DNA from: Camelus dromedarius
Taxonomy: Eukaryota
Assembly (NCBI RefSeq): GCF_036321535.1
Contig: NC_087437.1
Span: forward strand, 73,720,001-73,784,000
Length of the DNA: 64,000 nucleotides
Direction of reading: 5' to 3'
Shown here: positions 24,991 to 38,989 of the stretch, one piece after another
Position numbering within the stretch: the first letter of the stretch is position 1
Layout: each line of letters opens with the position of its first letter
Translations under genes and position numbers: made by a program
The notes under the pieces: model-generated
Seen by the model: only the letters and a program-made list of their open reading frames with translations
Database searches by the model: none
What the model was told of the DNA's origin: nothing

Positions 24991-25141
24991 ATTCTATAAA
25001 TATATATCAAGTATTGTAATGTGCACTGATTTCTGCTGTAACCATTTGTTTTTGATCCTTATCCCACTCCTTGAGCAATACTTTTTCTTATGGTCACTGG
25101 TTTTTTCCATCTGTCATGTTTTGATTCTCATCTCATGATAC

Positions 25142-25693
25142 TGTAGGAGACCAGACTATACCACCCCAAACTATGACGTAGGAGACTACAGCACACCACT
25201 CAAAATATATCTCTTTGGCCTGAGGATTATTTTGAGCCAATTATTTTGAGAAATGGCAGACACAGGAGAAGCTCTGCAAACTGCAAGTTATCTTTTCACA
25301 AGAAGAGCTCCTGTTTGTAAAGATACCCACTTGTAAGAGTATCTCCCTCTCTGTACCAGGAAGAGGATGATTCTAAATCACAAGGGTGTCTTATCAAAGC
25401 AGAAAGCACCAATTTAAATCTGCATAAAATCTCTAACTCCTGAGTGCCATACTTTATTTCCTGGTCACCTTCCTATAGCTGGCACCCCTCTATACCCATC
25501 TTTCTTTGATTTAGATGAAGGTGATATGTAAGCCTGAATTCTAGGCTACCTCTTTGAGTTACTCACTTCCCTGGGTATCTCTCATGTGTACATGAGACAT
25601 ACATGATACTGTACTTCTTTTTGGTTTTCTCTGGTTAATCTGTCTTTTGTTACACTATCCCAGCCAAGAACTTAGAAGGGTTGAGTCCCTGCA
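25142..25693 (+). mobile_element. ERV1 solo LTR, MER34-like
   Basis: Starts tgtaggagaccagactataccaccccaaactatg with a second copy of that motif. Contains aggattattttgagc and ggcagacacaggagaagctctg. 3' part gttaatctgtcttttgtta..cccagccaagaacttagaaggg. Confidence 0.85.
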
Positions 25694-26704
25694 CATAAAT
25701 GAAGAGGAATGAGACACAGGAGACATGCTTCATAGGTAATTACCACATCTTTTAATGCATAGTTTTTCAAGTCATGTTGCATTTTAACAAATATTATTAT
25801 GACATTCTTTCCCTTCATCTGTGTGTGGATGTGTGTGGAAGGTACAATATTTAGCCAAGGGCTGCAGATTTTCGATGCTTGCTGAGGAGAGACAAGGGCA
25901 GTACAGAAACGAAGACTGAATATCATTTGATCCTTCAATTGGTCCTTTATCTGACCTAGTGTTTCACATACCTTCTCAAGATTAAATGTTGACATCTGGA
26001 TGGGATTATTAATATAGCCATAGTAGGTACAAGCCAATAAAAGATTCAGGAAACATACTACATTCCATTTATTTTTATCTTTTGATTTCTGGTGATATTT
26101 TCACAATCTTTGAAGACATTTTTATGGTAGAATGAATACCTGTGCAGAAATCAAAATAACAGAAAGAAATGGAAGAACATCTGGCTGATTCAATCACGTT
26201 AAAATTTGAAGTCAAACTTGGCTTATTAATATTTATGAGTTGAAAATATGTCCTTGGGTTTTGTCTAACAGTATCCAATGTGATACTTAATGATTGAATG
26301 ATTTGATTTTCTTAGTTATTTAAATATTGTGGCTTGAATCTTTGGTTATTTGAAAATAAACAGGTTTTAAAAAATTCAATTTATCACTTCTTATTTTTCC
26401 CTTTAGGATAATGAAGCATCATTTACATGTTTACTTATGTTTACATAGGGCTCAAGTATGTGACTGCAGTAAAGTTGTTAGAAATCAATGTTGTTTTGTT
26501 CATGTTAACTTAATATTTTTAGAATTTAAGGCTCTACTAAGTAAATGTGCTATACCATGGTAATTATACAAGTGTCTAATGAGTTCCGTGGTCACTGAAA
26601 CTGTGAATGTGGAAGTCTGTGTCTCTGCCAGGACCTGTATTAGCCTCAGATGGGATCTAGAAACAAAGCTTAAAATATATATATTTCAGGAGACATATAA
26701 GTAA

Positions 26705-26940
26705 TAATTAATAGTTACCTCTATTGAGTACTTATTTTTTGGCAGACAGAGTCCTAAGTATTTACATGTATCATCTCATTTCATGCTCTCAACAAACCTT
26801 CAAGCTCACTATTTTTATCCCTGATTAAAAGCTGAGGAAACTGAAGCTCACTGATGTCACAGAAATTGCAAACGTCTCATATCTGCTAGGTGAAAAAGCT
26901 GGGGTTAAAATATGTGTTTGTTTGATTCTAATACTTGAGA
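26705..26940 (-). mobile_element. MIR SINE
   Basis: tattgagtactta ... atctcatttcatgctctcaacaaacct ... gctgaggaaactgaagctca. Confidence 0.8.
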
Positions 26941-29900
26941 TTTCAGTATATTAGGTTAATATTCTAAATATTCTAACCAGATAAAAGGAAATTAGTAACT
27001 TCTTTGGCATTTGTCAGTTATTTCAATAAAAATATTTTTTAAGAAAAAAAATCTACTAATTCTACAAGACTTTCTACCTCTTCTATATGAGGATACAATT
27101 GTTGCCACTTACCAGTTTGGAGTCAGCAGAGAATAGCTGAAACTAGTTCAGAGAGAATCGAGAAGATGCCCGAGATATCTCTTGAAGAGACAAGCTCTGA
27201 CCTTACCTAGGGCACAGGGTTGGGTGGGCATCAAAGGTCTGTCTTCGGGTCCCTTTCTAGACCTGATTTTAGCTTGATCCCATTTCTTGTCTTTCCATCT
27301 TTATCGTAACCATCTTACCAACCTGGGGCTCTTGGACCACAAATTGGATAAATGAGATTAGCAAGTACACATTTTGTAGTTCTTGTTTTGTTTCGATTTA
27401 TACATGAATCAGACATTTAACATTCCTACTTTTACCCTAATATATATACTGGGCAGCGTATTCCCTTTGCCCACAGTCACAATTTCTTTAGTTGACTTGT
27501 GGTTTTAGTTCATTCTAGAACTGAAAGTGTTCCCCGCTATGTAAGCATATCTTTTTATCTTTCCTTAGACCTCCTATCATCACTTTCTATTATCTCATTT
27601 AGCCTCCACCTAAAAAGAAAGAGAAGTTTTGGGTCCAGGTTCCCTCCACTTCCCAATAACCTTTGAGGTCCTCTGTATAAAAGCAGCCTCCTGGTCCCAG
27701 AGCAGTTGTGCTCACGATTTCCATTCACAGACAGTTCCATGAATGGTTTCTCATCTGGGGACACACTGACCCCGATCAGAGGCTCTGAGTTGTTCTTCCT
27801 CCTTTCCTTTCCATTTTTTCACACAACCAGTTTTGCTACCCTACTCCTTGCTTGACTTTCCTTATTTCTCTATTTTAAGTTTCTTTAAGGCAGGTCCCAC
27901 TACATTTTTTTAAATCTACCTCTTTCTAATCTATCGATCTTTTTAAAAGCTACTTTTTCCCTTCCTGTGTTAATTTGATGTTGACAACTATGTGAGCATT
28001 CTCTGAAGGCTTCTGATTACACTTTCACTGTTTCTAAACATTATATTACCTAAAAGTGATATTTGAATTATGGTTATTTCTCCCCCACGCCCCCCAGATT
28101 ATTGGGACACTACAAGGAGGGTCAGTGCTGAGCTGTATTTCTGCCTTCAGTATTCCGGTGTCCCAGAAAGCGTATTCCTCACATAAACTAATAAACACGG
28201 AGGCAGCCTTGGTAGAGGTTAGGTAGTGCTGTCTATGCATAAAACTAAAACTGCACAGAGTCTCAATTAAACTTGAAAAAAACCTCTGAAATGTCCGTAT
28301 AGTACAGACTAGATGCTTTTTAAAACATACAACAGTGTACAGTATTATGCACCTATAAATATATAATGTGTACAATGATGTTCCTTTTTGGCAGGAACAA
28401 GTGGAGGACTTATGTTTAAAAGCTGTGGGGAGTAAAACAAAATACAGATGTGCACGTGCAAACATATATGTATGTGTGTGTGTACATATATACTGATCCT
28501 TACATATCTCATTCACATTCAGAGCAATAAAGTGATCACACACAGAGCCATAAGGGAAATGAAAAAACTAAAATAACAGGAGATGCACATCTTTGGTCTC
28601 ACATTCATTCTAGGTGAGGTGTGTACTTGCTAGATGTGCTGATAAACAGAATTATCTGTGCTATTAAAAATTTTTTTCTCACTTCCTTATCTTTTCATTT
28701 TTACTTTTTGGTAACTTACAGTAAAAAATAAGTAAACAAGTAAGGTTCAATTCTCCTGAATTGGTGATTATATGATGTAACAATACCAGATTCATATTTC
28801 AGAAATCTTATTTCATCTAAACATAATGGCTAGTAACACTGCTTCATGTATCTTTCCAGCAGTTGCAATCAAGGTTTCTAACTCATTTAACAAGGATAAT
28901 GAGAGGGAAACCAGTGCTGTAGATCTGTTCTTTTGATTTGTAATTCAGATCCGTGTTCAGCTGGTAAGAATCACGTTGTTGCAAATCTATCAAAATCCTC
29001 CAAAGACATCTCTAAAATGACAAATACCAGTCTTGTTATTCAATTCTACTTCACTGAGCTTAAAATAATGATCAGACTTGAACTGTCACCTCGCATTTCA
29101 TTTCCAGTTTCTTCTGTCACATGTCTCTTTATATACACAAATCTAAGGCCAGCTCTGTTTAGTTACTGAGTCAAGCACTGTTCCTTCTGCCTGCTCTCTG
29201 CAGGCCCTGCAGTCATACAGTGATGGCCCTAGAAATTTTAGACAGAAGTGTCTTAGGTTTGTCAGCCTGTTTGGAAGACAAACCAGGTTATTCTTCTGAA
29301 GCCCTGTTTGCAGAGCAAGTGCCTTCTCTTTTCTTAGTTCCTGTGTTTCTTTGGGAGAATCCCAGGGATTAAATGGTGAGGGGTTACAGCTATATTGGTT
29401 TGCTATTTGCCTCGACTGAAATCCAAGTAACCTCTTCAAAATCCTAGGATTCATATTCATACAGATCTCTTTTCTCACTTTTATTTTTTTACAGCAAATA
29501 TTCATTGAACATGAGATTTTTAGAGCATTTTTTAATTAACCTGCTTCTGATTAGTTAATTGATGTTTTTTGTCCTTGTTATTTAAACCCTGAAATACAGA
29601 TCAACTTACAAATTCTTTTTTCTTTCAGCAGATGTGTCTTTTGACTATATTTAAGCACCTTAGTTCATATCTTATTTATATCGACATAGATTACCTGGTT
29701 TGATAATCTTTTACTCTGCTTGGCAATCATGTCACTTGAATAGGTTTAGATCTCTCACATTTAACTGGTTGGCCTATAAGGACAGGGGTAACAGTATAGC
29801 CTCCAGAAAAAGTCAAGAGTAAAAGCAACAGTCCCACACAGTGAGGATCTGCTGTATATCAGTATTGTGTATCAGTCAGCACTTTTCATCTTACCCCATT

Positions 29901-31269
29901 TAATCCTCTCTTCAGGCAGGTTATTGTCTACATCTTATTGATGAAGACACTGACACCTTGAGAAGTTAAAAATTATAAAAGGTATTTTGCTAACATTTAT
30001 TTCCTAGTATGTATTAAGCTCTTCCACAAAGCTAGTTATGGACAACCTTTTATTCTTCCTTAGAAGTTTCTGTCTGGCTATTTTCTTTCTCCCAATTATT
30101 GTAGGTTTGAGGGAAGAAACCATGTTTAATGCTTTTTCTTGCCCTCACATCACTCAGTTAATAATTTTCCTTCAACAGATAATTAGTAGATTAGATTATT
30201 ATATTTAGTCAGAAAAATCTCCCCTCCACTTTGATCAGCACTTTTGTCACTTAAATAGGGAAAATCTCTGCTGGAGATGGTTTCTGTGGGGATCAGCACT
30301 GAGTTCAGGATGATACACTCTCAGGTGCACTTTACATAAGGAAGGAAGGACTGGCAGAAGAAATCACTGTTCACTCCCTTACTTTAATCTTAACAGGGGA
30401 AATCATTCACACTTCTTAATTTATATAATGCATCTTTCCAAGTCCACATGAGAAAAACATGAATTTCCTTTTTACATTTTAGTGTGGTGGGTAGGGGGCA
30501 GATACTGGAGTATAGTAATTACATCACTGAGGTGGAAATCAAAGGTAGAAACTGGTCTAAAATTAAAGGTAGGGTCTCTTAGCTCCGTTTACCTTAGTTC
30601 TTACATAAAGAACACTTCTGTTTCAGAAGGTCTTGGGACTTTACAGCACCCTATTAACACAATCAAAACTGAAGATCACAGCCCTATTACCAGTGAGGAT
30701 TGAGGGTGAAGATTATTGATAAGTATGTCCTACAGATGAGCTGGCTAAACATAGAAGTATCAAGCTCCAGAGTGTCACACAATTCTCAGTTATAACAAGG
30801 ACTTGGTGCACAGTCCTGAAATTATTTCATAACTTTTTTCATTGGGAGTTGTCTAAACTGAGTCCTTACCTTGGTCAGCCTGGGCCTGTACTGACCTCTG
30901 TTCCCAGCAGGCAGCCTACAGGGACTCGTATTTACATTTTGGGCTGTGACGGCATCATCAATTTGAGAAATTTTAAATTCTTGCTCAAAAAAGAGTAAGA
31001 GCAATGACTTTTCTGACAAGACTTTGTGGGGAGTGAAAAGAAAACAAGCCTCAATGAACACATATCTGTGTCCCAATTCTGCCTTTCTTTTTTTTTTTTT
31101 GAAGTATTGACTGTTATTTCTACTCTCCTATAAGAAGACAAAATAGTATATATTAGCTTTAGCACAGGAAAAACAGCAAAGATTTCACCTTTTCTAGGTT
31201 AAGTTTCTGTTTCTCGACAAGAGGGAAAAATGGTGGATGTCATGTTAGAAATTTTGGAGTGTGAAAGTG

Positions 31270-31875
31270 AGGAGTAATGAGCAGCACTCTTGGTTATCAA
31301 AACCCAACTCAACACTGTTTTGGCTTCTAAAATCCAACAAAAACTCGTAAGGGAGCATAAATAATGAGAAAAAAATGGGGTAGGGACAAGGGCAGCTTCA
31401 AAGATTAGAACTGGGGACTTCATCGCTGTCAGGGCTCTCTTTCTTGCCGTCTTCCCCCCTCTGCTTTCCTTTAATTGTTGGTCTGAAATTATTGCATGAT
31501 AATTTGTCCATGAGTCAGGGAACAGAGCCACAGGCAGAATTCCAGTTTAGTGACTAAAAACAACCTTCTCTTTTGGCTACTCTATAAACCATCCTATAGA
31601 GGGACACTCTTGTCTTGGTTTATGCCACTTATGTTTGGAGCACTCGGCATGCCAGATCACCATGATTGGGTTCTACAACTGATTTGGATAGTCACAGGCC
31701 CTTCTCTGAAGTCAGAGGGAAGCAACACTGTGATTAACAACCTGTAAGTCAACCATGTGGTTGGAGTTTGGGAGGACTAGTTTGCTACAAATGAGATTTA
31801 TTTCTAGAACAAGGGCAAAAAGTTTGGGTAGGTAAGTAGATAGGGAAAGGGCAAAAATAATAGTAATCAATACAA
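31270..31875 (-). mobile_element. Old MaLR solo LTR (MLT1K-like)
   Basis: aaaacccaactcaacact; tctctgctttcct; catgattggg..ctgatttggatagtcacaggccc; ggaagcaacactgtgattaaca. Confidence 0.6.
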
Positions 31876-31881
31876 ATCTAC

Positions 31882-34800
31882 TATATTAGAATTCTAAGCT
31901 GAATAAAAAATTACCACAAACTCCACGGCTTAAAATAAACCCATGTATGATCTCACAATTTCTGTCAGTCAGACGTCTGGACATGGTATAGTATGGTTCT
32001 CTGTTCAGAGACTCACAAGTCTGAAATCAAGGTGTCAGCCATGGCTGCCTGTTAATCTTCTTAGTCTTCTTTCAAGATCACTACAGGCAAACTTCAGAGA
32101 TGCTGTGAGTTTGGTTCCAGACCATGGCAGTAAAGTGGATATTAAAATTAAGCAAGTCACACAAATTTGTCAGTCTTCCAGTGCACATAAAACTTAGTTT
32201 TAAACTATACTGTAATCTATTAAGTGTGCAATATCATTGTGTCTAAAAAAAAGAATGTGCATACCTTAATTAAAATAGTTTATTGCTAAAAATGCTAATT
32301 ATCAACTGAGCCTTTAGCAAGTCATAGTCTTTTTGCTGTGGAGGGTCTTGCCTCCCTGCTGATCAGGGTGGTGGTTGCTGAAAGTTGGGGTGGCTGTGAC
32401 AATTTCTTAAAAGATGACCATGAAGTTTGCTGCATCAATTGACATTTCCTTTCATGCAAGATTTCTCTATAGCATGTAGTGCTGTTTGAGACACTTTACC
32501 CACAGTAGAATTTCTTTCAAAATTGAAATCAGTCCTCTCTAATCATGCCACTGCTTTGTCAAATAAGATTTGGAATATTCTAAGTACTTTGCTGTTATTT
32601 TAACAATCTTCACAGTATCTTTACCAGGAGTAGATTGCATCTCAAGACCACTTTCTTGCTCATCCATAAGTAGCAATTCCTCATCTTTTAAAGTTTTATT
32701 ATGAGACTACGACAATTCAGTCACATCTTCAGGCTCCACTCCTAATTCTAGTTCTCTTACTATTTCCACCACATCTGCAGTTACTTCTTCCATGGGAGTC
32801 TTGGTCCTCTCAAAATTGCCCATGAGACTTGGAATCAACTGCTTCCAAACTCCTGTTAATGATGCTATTTTGACCTCTTCCCATGAATCATGAATGTTCT
32901 TAATGGCATCTAAATAGGGACTTCTTTCCAGAAGGTATTCAGTTTACTTTGCCCTGATCCATCAGAGGAATCACTATGTATGGCAATGATAGCCTCATGA
33001 AATGTACTTCTTAATAAGTCTTGAAAGTCAAAATTAATCCTTGAGTCATGGGCTACAGCATGGATGTGTCAGCAGGCATGAAGCAATGTGAATCCTGTTG
33101 CATGTCTCCATCAGAGTTTTTGAAAGACCAGGTACATTGCCAACGAGCAGTAATATTTTGAAAGGAATCTTTTTTCTGAGCAGCAGGTCTCAATAATGGG
33201 CTTTAAATATTCAGTAAACCATCTTGTAAACAGATGTGCTGTCATCCAAGCTTTGTTGTTCCAATTATAGAGCAGAGATAGAGTCAAATTAGCATTGTTC
33301 TTAAGGGCTCTAGGATTTCTGGAATAGTAAGTGAGCATTCACTTCAACTTAAAATCATCGGCTGAATTAGCCTCTAACTAGTCAGTCTGTCCTCCAAAGC
33401 TTTGAAGCTAAGTGTTGACTTCTCCTTTCTAGCTATTGAAGTCCTAGATGCCATCTCCTTCTAACAGAAAGCTGTTTCATCTACATTGAAAATCTGTTGT
33501 GTAGTGGAGCCACCTTCATGAATTATCTTCGCTAGATCTTCTGGATAACTTATTGCAGCTTCTACATCAGCACTTGCTGCTTCACCTTGAACTTTGATGT
33601 TATGGAGGTGGCTTTTTTCCTTAACTCTCATGAACTAACCTCTGCTAACTTCAGACTTTTCTTCTGCAACTTCCTTACCTCTGTCAGCCTTCATAGAATT
33701 AAAGAGAGCTATGGCCTTGCTGTGGATTAGGCTTCGGCATAAGGGGATGCTGTGGCGGGTTTGATCTTCTCTCCAGAACATGAACTTTCTCTATATAAAG
33801 ACTTCTCCTACATCAGCAATAGGGCTGTTTCTCTTTCTAATCATTTGTGTGTTCACTGGAGTAGCACTTTTCATTTCCTTCAAGAACTTTTCCTTTGCAT
33901 TCACAACTTGGCTGTTTGGTGGAAGAAGCTAAGCTTTCAGCCAGTCTCAGCTTTCAAATGCCTCCCTCAGTAAGCCTAATCATTTCTAGCTTTTGATTTA
34001 AAGTGAGAGACCTGTGACTCTTTCTTTTACTTGAACAGTTGGAAGTCATTGTAGAGTTATGAGTTGACTTAACTGAAGTATTGTTGTGTCTCAGGGGATA
34101 GGGAGGCCTGAGGGGCGGGAAAGAGAAGGGGGAAAGGCCAGTCAGCGGGACAGTCAGAACATACACACTTATTGATTATTGTTACCTTATATGGGTGTGG
34201 TTCATGGTGCCCCCAAACAATTCCAATAGTAATATCAAAGATTATTGATCATAAATCACCATAACAAGTATGATAATAATAATGAGAAAGTTGGACATAT
34301 TGCAAGAATTACCCGAAGGTGACACAGAGACATGAAGTAGGCAAATGCTATTGGAAAAATGGTACCAATAGACTTGCTTAATGCAGGGTTGCAAGAAACC
34401 TTACATTTGTCAAAAAAAAAGTGCAGTAACTATGGAGCACAATACGATGAGGTGTGCCTGCAGTGGTTGGTAGAGTTCTATTCCTTGTGGTTGCAGGACT
34501 GAGGTCCCTGCTTTCTTACTGGCTGTTAGCCAGACAGCATTTCCAGTGACTACAGGCCTCGTGCCATGTGGCCCTGTCCAAAGCATGGCAATTTGTTTCT
34601 TCAAAGCTGGAAGGAGACTTTCTTTCAGTTTTACTTTCCCTTTTAGAGAAGACTTGAGTAATTTTTTAAAGGGCACACTTAGTTAGGTCAGGCCTACCTA
34701 AGACAATCATCCTTTTGTTTAATTCAAACTGATTTGGGGCCTCAATTATAGCTCTTCATTTTTTTCATACAACTTAATCATAGAAGTGACATCTGTTATA

Positions 34801-34900
34801 ATCATAGATGGTACTTATACTTACTGGGAAAGTATTATACAGGGTGTGTACTCTAAGGTGTGGAAAGCTCAAGGTCTATCTTAAAATTCTGCATACCACA
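31882..34900 (-). mobile_element. MaLR solo LTR (MLT1E/D-like) split by Tigger1 (halves 31882-32083 and 34461-34900)
   Basis: Left half: aaattaccacaaact..gcttaaaa and tgaaatcaaggtgtcagcc. Right half resumes ggttggtagagttctattccttgtggttgcaggactgaggtcc and ends aattctgcataccaca. 5-bp TSD tctac (31877-81) vs tctat (34901-05). Confidence 0.88.
32084..34460 (-). mobile_element. Near full-length Tigger1 (TcMar-Tigger/pogo) DNA transposon with decayed transposase
   Basis: TIRs caggcaaacttc... and ...gaggtgtgcctg, flanked by TA and CA. Length 2377 bp. Minus-strand fragments [10 protein letters not shown]...[14 protein letters not shown] (DDE region) and SKRKSHRSLTLNQKLEMIRL (HTH N-terminus). Confidence 0.96.
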
Positions 34901-36769
34901 TCTATATATTCTAAAAATAGATACAATATATAATAACAATAGGGTGGGTATACATATATACACATGTACAAACATATACATATATATTAACAAATTACTC
35001 AGAGGTTTATATAGATTGATATGTTTAGGATAAACTGTATTATTGTTTGCAAATTCCAATTAATATGATGCTATGTAAAGTTATTTCTTACATTTTCACT
35101 TGGAAATGTTGCAAAAGGAGTGATTTCTAAGCTTTCTTCACATGAATTATTTTTGTCTTTAATTTTCTCTCACCTGTGCCTTGAAATGTGAAGAATTGGC
35201 TTCCAGTTGTCACTATTGTCTGGTTTCATGTCTCTGAGGTGTCCTAGAGCAAATGATGATTTTAAAAGTACATTAAAACCAATTGCAGTAGGTGAGCCAG
35301 GGTGTTGGCCCTCAATCAGTTATGGAGTCATCCCCACTTCTTAGGCTCTTGCGCTGGGCAGGTGATTGCTTTCAGAAAAGTGTGACTGGCTGTGGTTTTG
35401 GCACACTTTAAAGGTTGTGGTCTTTGGAGAATCAAGGTGTTTCAAATTGTGCTGTTTAGAATATAGGCAGTACCTGGAATATAACTTTTTCTTGCCATGC
35501 TGAAGTTTTTCTAAATAATGATTGAAAATACTTTATTAAATGTTTATTTTGTTCCTTGAACAGTGTCAATTGCCCAACAGTTTGGGGCTATCAGATAGAC
35601 AGAGGGAAAATGTAGCTAGTGGCATAAAGTTGAGCCTTAAGAAATCTAGGGGTTATCTGGATCCATATAATAGCTAATCAGTCAGGTAAATGCTTCCCTT
35701 CTAAAAAATATTATTTTTGTCTTTTTCCTTTTTATTCCCCTAATGAAGATATATACTAAAGTGATTCACTGAATGGTTTTATAATCCTTGTCTGGGGTGA
35801 ATTTTTAAAAAATGTATTTTAGGAAATGCTTCAGATCAAAACACCATCATTGAGTGCTGCTTATTAAATTATGAATAGCTGGTTGAAGATAGTGACAATG
35901 ATGATGTTAATGATAATAAAGACTTTCATTTATTTTGAAAATGTAACTGCTTTGATGCTGTGGATAACTGCATAGACTTAATTTTAAGCTGGATTTTCTG
36001 ATTCTGATATACTTTCTATTACTGTGCCATAGGCAATAATTTCCATTCAGTATATTTTGTTGAGACAGAGAGAGAAAATTTTACCCTTTTCTGTAATCAT
36101 ATAACATATCTTTTAGATTGAATGAAAATTAAAAAATTATAATTCCAAGAAATATCTTGATTGTTCCAAGATATTGAGCATTGTTTGATATTTTGAGGTA
36201 AATACAATTTGCAATCATGGGAATCCTGGTCCTAACTTACTACACTAATTAACTCTGAGAGCACTCAAGAGTTCCTGGAAGAACTACCCTCTCTCCATCA
36301 TTTACTGTGCAGAACAGTTGGGATTATTGTTGGCTCATTTCGATAGACACCAGGAAATGGTTCTTCGCCTAGTATGAGACATGATCCAAACCATTCACAG
36401 GGCGTGCTCTTCAGGTGCATTAGTGGGTAAACACTGACCAGGTCTCACCAGTAAGCATCACCCCTGCTTGCAGAGAGCGTGTGCAATACTTAATGAGCGT
36501 GGAGACAGGGGGATCAGTCATTGGTCCCCGTCCCTAATTTCTAATTTGGTGTTAAAATATATTTCTATCTGTCAGTATCTTCAGTCCATTTTCAGTTTGT
36601 GTCAGAATCAAACTAGATAAGTTATTTTGCTTATGACAGGGTCAGAAAGTACAGTTCTGGGACAGAGTATACAGGGAGCGTAGGTCGCTGAGATATGACT
36701 ATCAGGTACAGCTTTCATTGGCTTTCCGTTATCTAGAGCTTGACTGACTGTCCAGTGAGAAGAATGTAC

Positions 36770-37120
36770 GGTTTTTCACATCTTCTCCACAGCCTCCTTG
36801 ACCCAGCCTCTGCAGGTATGGGGGACTTGCTTTTGCTTCCTTGCTTTTTGCTCCTGGTCTTTCTTCCACTGGGGAAATACTTCTTCTTATTCAAAACCCA
36901 GTTCAAGTAACATTTATTCCAGCCCACAATTCCTTAAGTTCTTACTCTAAGTAATTCTACCTTTAAGCATAAATTGCCTAGTATTATAATTTCAGATTTT
37001 ATGGATATACATATTGCTTCCATAATGAGAGCATGAGTTCTATAAAGTTAGAGACTCTCTTTTATGTTATTTTAATTTTTTAAACCCCCCATTGCCTAAA
37101 ATATAGAAGTGCAAGCTCAA
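36770..37120 (+). mobile_element. L2 LINE fragment
   Basis: ttattcaaaacccagttcaag ... atgagttctataaagttagagact, the L2 3' pattern. Confidence 0.5.
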
Positions 37121-37984
37121 CAAAATCTTTCACAATCTAAGTCTGTAACTTCCTTCCCCATTTCAATAGCTGCTAAAACTCATACAGCACTTTGTAACCT
37201 GTAAAGATCTTTCATGTATATTTTTAATCAACACTGGTTGATTAAATAAAGTTAAGTGGCTTTACTTCGTTACCTAAAACTATTTTCCACATGTGAAATG
37301 AGGGGAAGCGTGCTGTCAGATACCTGTGCGAGGGAGGTTTATTGTGAATAAAGGGAGAGTCACAGGATAAAAAGTTTGAGTGGAGCTTTTGGTAAATCTA
37401 AACCCCAGTGGGGATTCGGGAGCTGACAAAGTTCTGCCATCTATTTTTAAAAAAGAAAAAGTTCTTTATCTGTTATTGCTAAGAATCACATCAACCAAAT
37501 GTAAGTAAATCGTGTGATAGAATCTAGTTGAAAAGGTTTTGCTCATGTTAAGTCAATTACGATGTAAGGCTATGAAGACTGAATGAAAAATTAAATGTTC
37601 ACTGGCATTGATACAAATCCATTATTTAGTGAAAATTCAAACTGTGCCACAATGATGCTCGCTTTCTTATCAGAAAGCCTCCTCTATTCACAGCACTCAG
37701 AACACCTGACGGGCTGACCTTGGTGGCCGAGGTCCTCACAGCGCTGACAAGGACAGAACAACATGGGAATGTGAAGGAGGGAGTCAGTTTACTCAGTAGA
37801 AAGGAGCATCAAATGCAAGGGGTTTAATCGGTCATGACCTTGGTCAGTTTGCCTAACTTCTCTGAGCCTCAGCTTACACCTCTGTCAAACGAGGGGCTTG
37901 TTGTAGAGTGGTATTCATACATTTTAAAGACATAGAATATCTTTTCCTCCTTTCTGTTTATGTCCATAATTGCCCAGTGAGACA

Positions 37985-38135
37985 CTTGTCAATATTTTCA
38001 TCATTTAATAGATGGGAAAATGATAATCAAATGAAATATGTTTGGTGACTTAATTAAGGTGGCACAGCTAGTAAGTGGGTGGGTGAAGAGTCCAGTTCTG
38101 AGCTTCTGCCTTCAAATACTCTCCTTTCTCTATCA
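37985..38135 (-). mobile_element. MIR SINE
   Basis: catttaatagatgggaaaatga ... gtgactt..aaggtggcacagctagtaagtgg. Confidence 0.7.
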
Positions 38136-38989
38136 CCTCAAACTGACTTGCTGTCTGGATTACAATGATCTGTTTTAAAAAATCCAAAATAATACAAATC
38201 CAAATATTTTATCAAGTTCAGAATAACTTGGCTTAGTGTTGTCATTAATTTACTAGTGTAGGATTTGTCCTGCTCTTCTTTACCTCAAGGGGAGTGGCAG
38301 TGAAAGAAGAGACTTATTTTTGTATGCTTTTTTTTTAAACACAAGACAGACAAATTGATAATATCAAAACTCCTGAAGGGTGAGAATTTAGAACATTTCT
38401 TGTTCATATCCATTTCACTTTTTAGGTTCTCTGTCAAGTCAGTACAAACACATAACTGAAAATGAAACTTAACTGGTCGTGACGTTATCACATACGATTT
38501 GATAACAAAACAAAGCCAGAACTGATGTTTTCTGTTAGCTCCCAGCCCTGCCTGGAAAGCTGCAGATGTAGATGAATCTGGGCATTTGAGCTGAACTGGC
38601 TACAGAATTGCATTCTCAGTAGTACCTGCGAACTTCAAAGGGAGTGTCAAGCCACCTATCAATAATCCAGAAATAAAGTATTAGTCATTGACTAAATATT
38701 TTAATGGAAATGATTACCAATACATACAGTTAAAAATCTCCGTAAACAAGGAAACAATTTATGAAATGTGTCTTGTTTTAGCAGAAAGATTTTTTGACAC
38801 ATAACATACCTTACAACAATGTATAACAATGTCAACAACCACACTGCTTCAGTAAGTCATCTTTCAGCTTGCGTATTCCCGGCAAAGATGTTACACACCT
38901 TTTGACAAAAATGTTTTCCAAATGTGTTCGTTGCAATTCTGAGTTTTGTGAAAATGATATGTACTACTGTTTTTTGTTATTTATATTTC

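Noticed and set aside
25142..25210. Tandem gtaggagac...ccac..caaa.tat units as a CRISPR-like repeat
   Set aside because: Only two degenerate units, part of a MER34-type LTR start, in a eukaryotic context with no cas genes.
28046..28543. Longest ORF in the window (165 aa, minus strand)
   Set aside because: It crosses a CA/TA microsatellite, has no recognisable domain and shows random-looking composition.
33111..34166. Transposase ORFs as a domesticated TIGD1-like gene
   Set aside because: The frame is fragmented by stops and frameshifts; this is an ordinary Tigger1 fossil.
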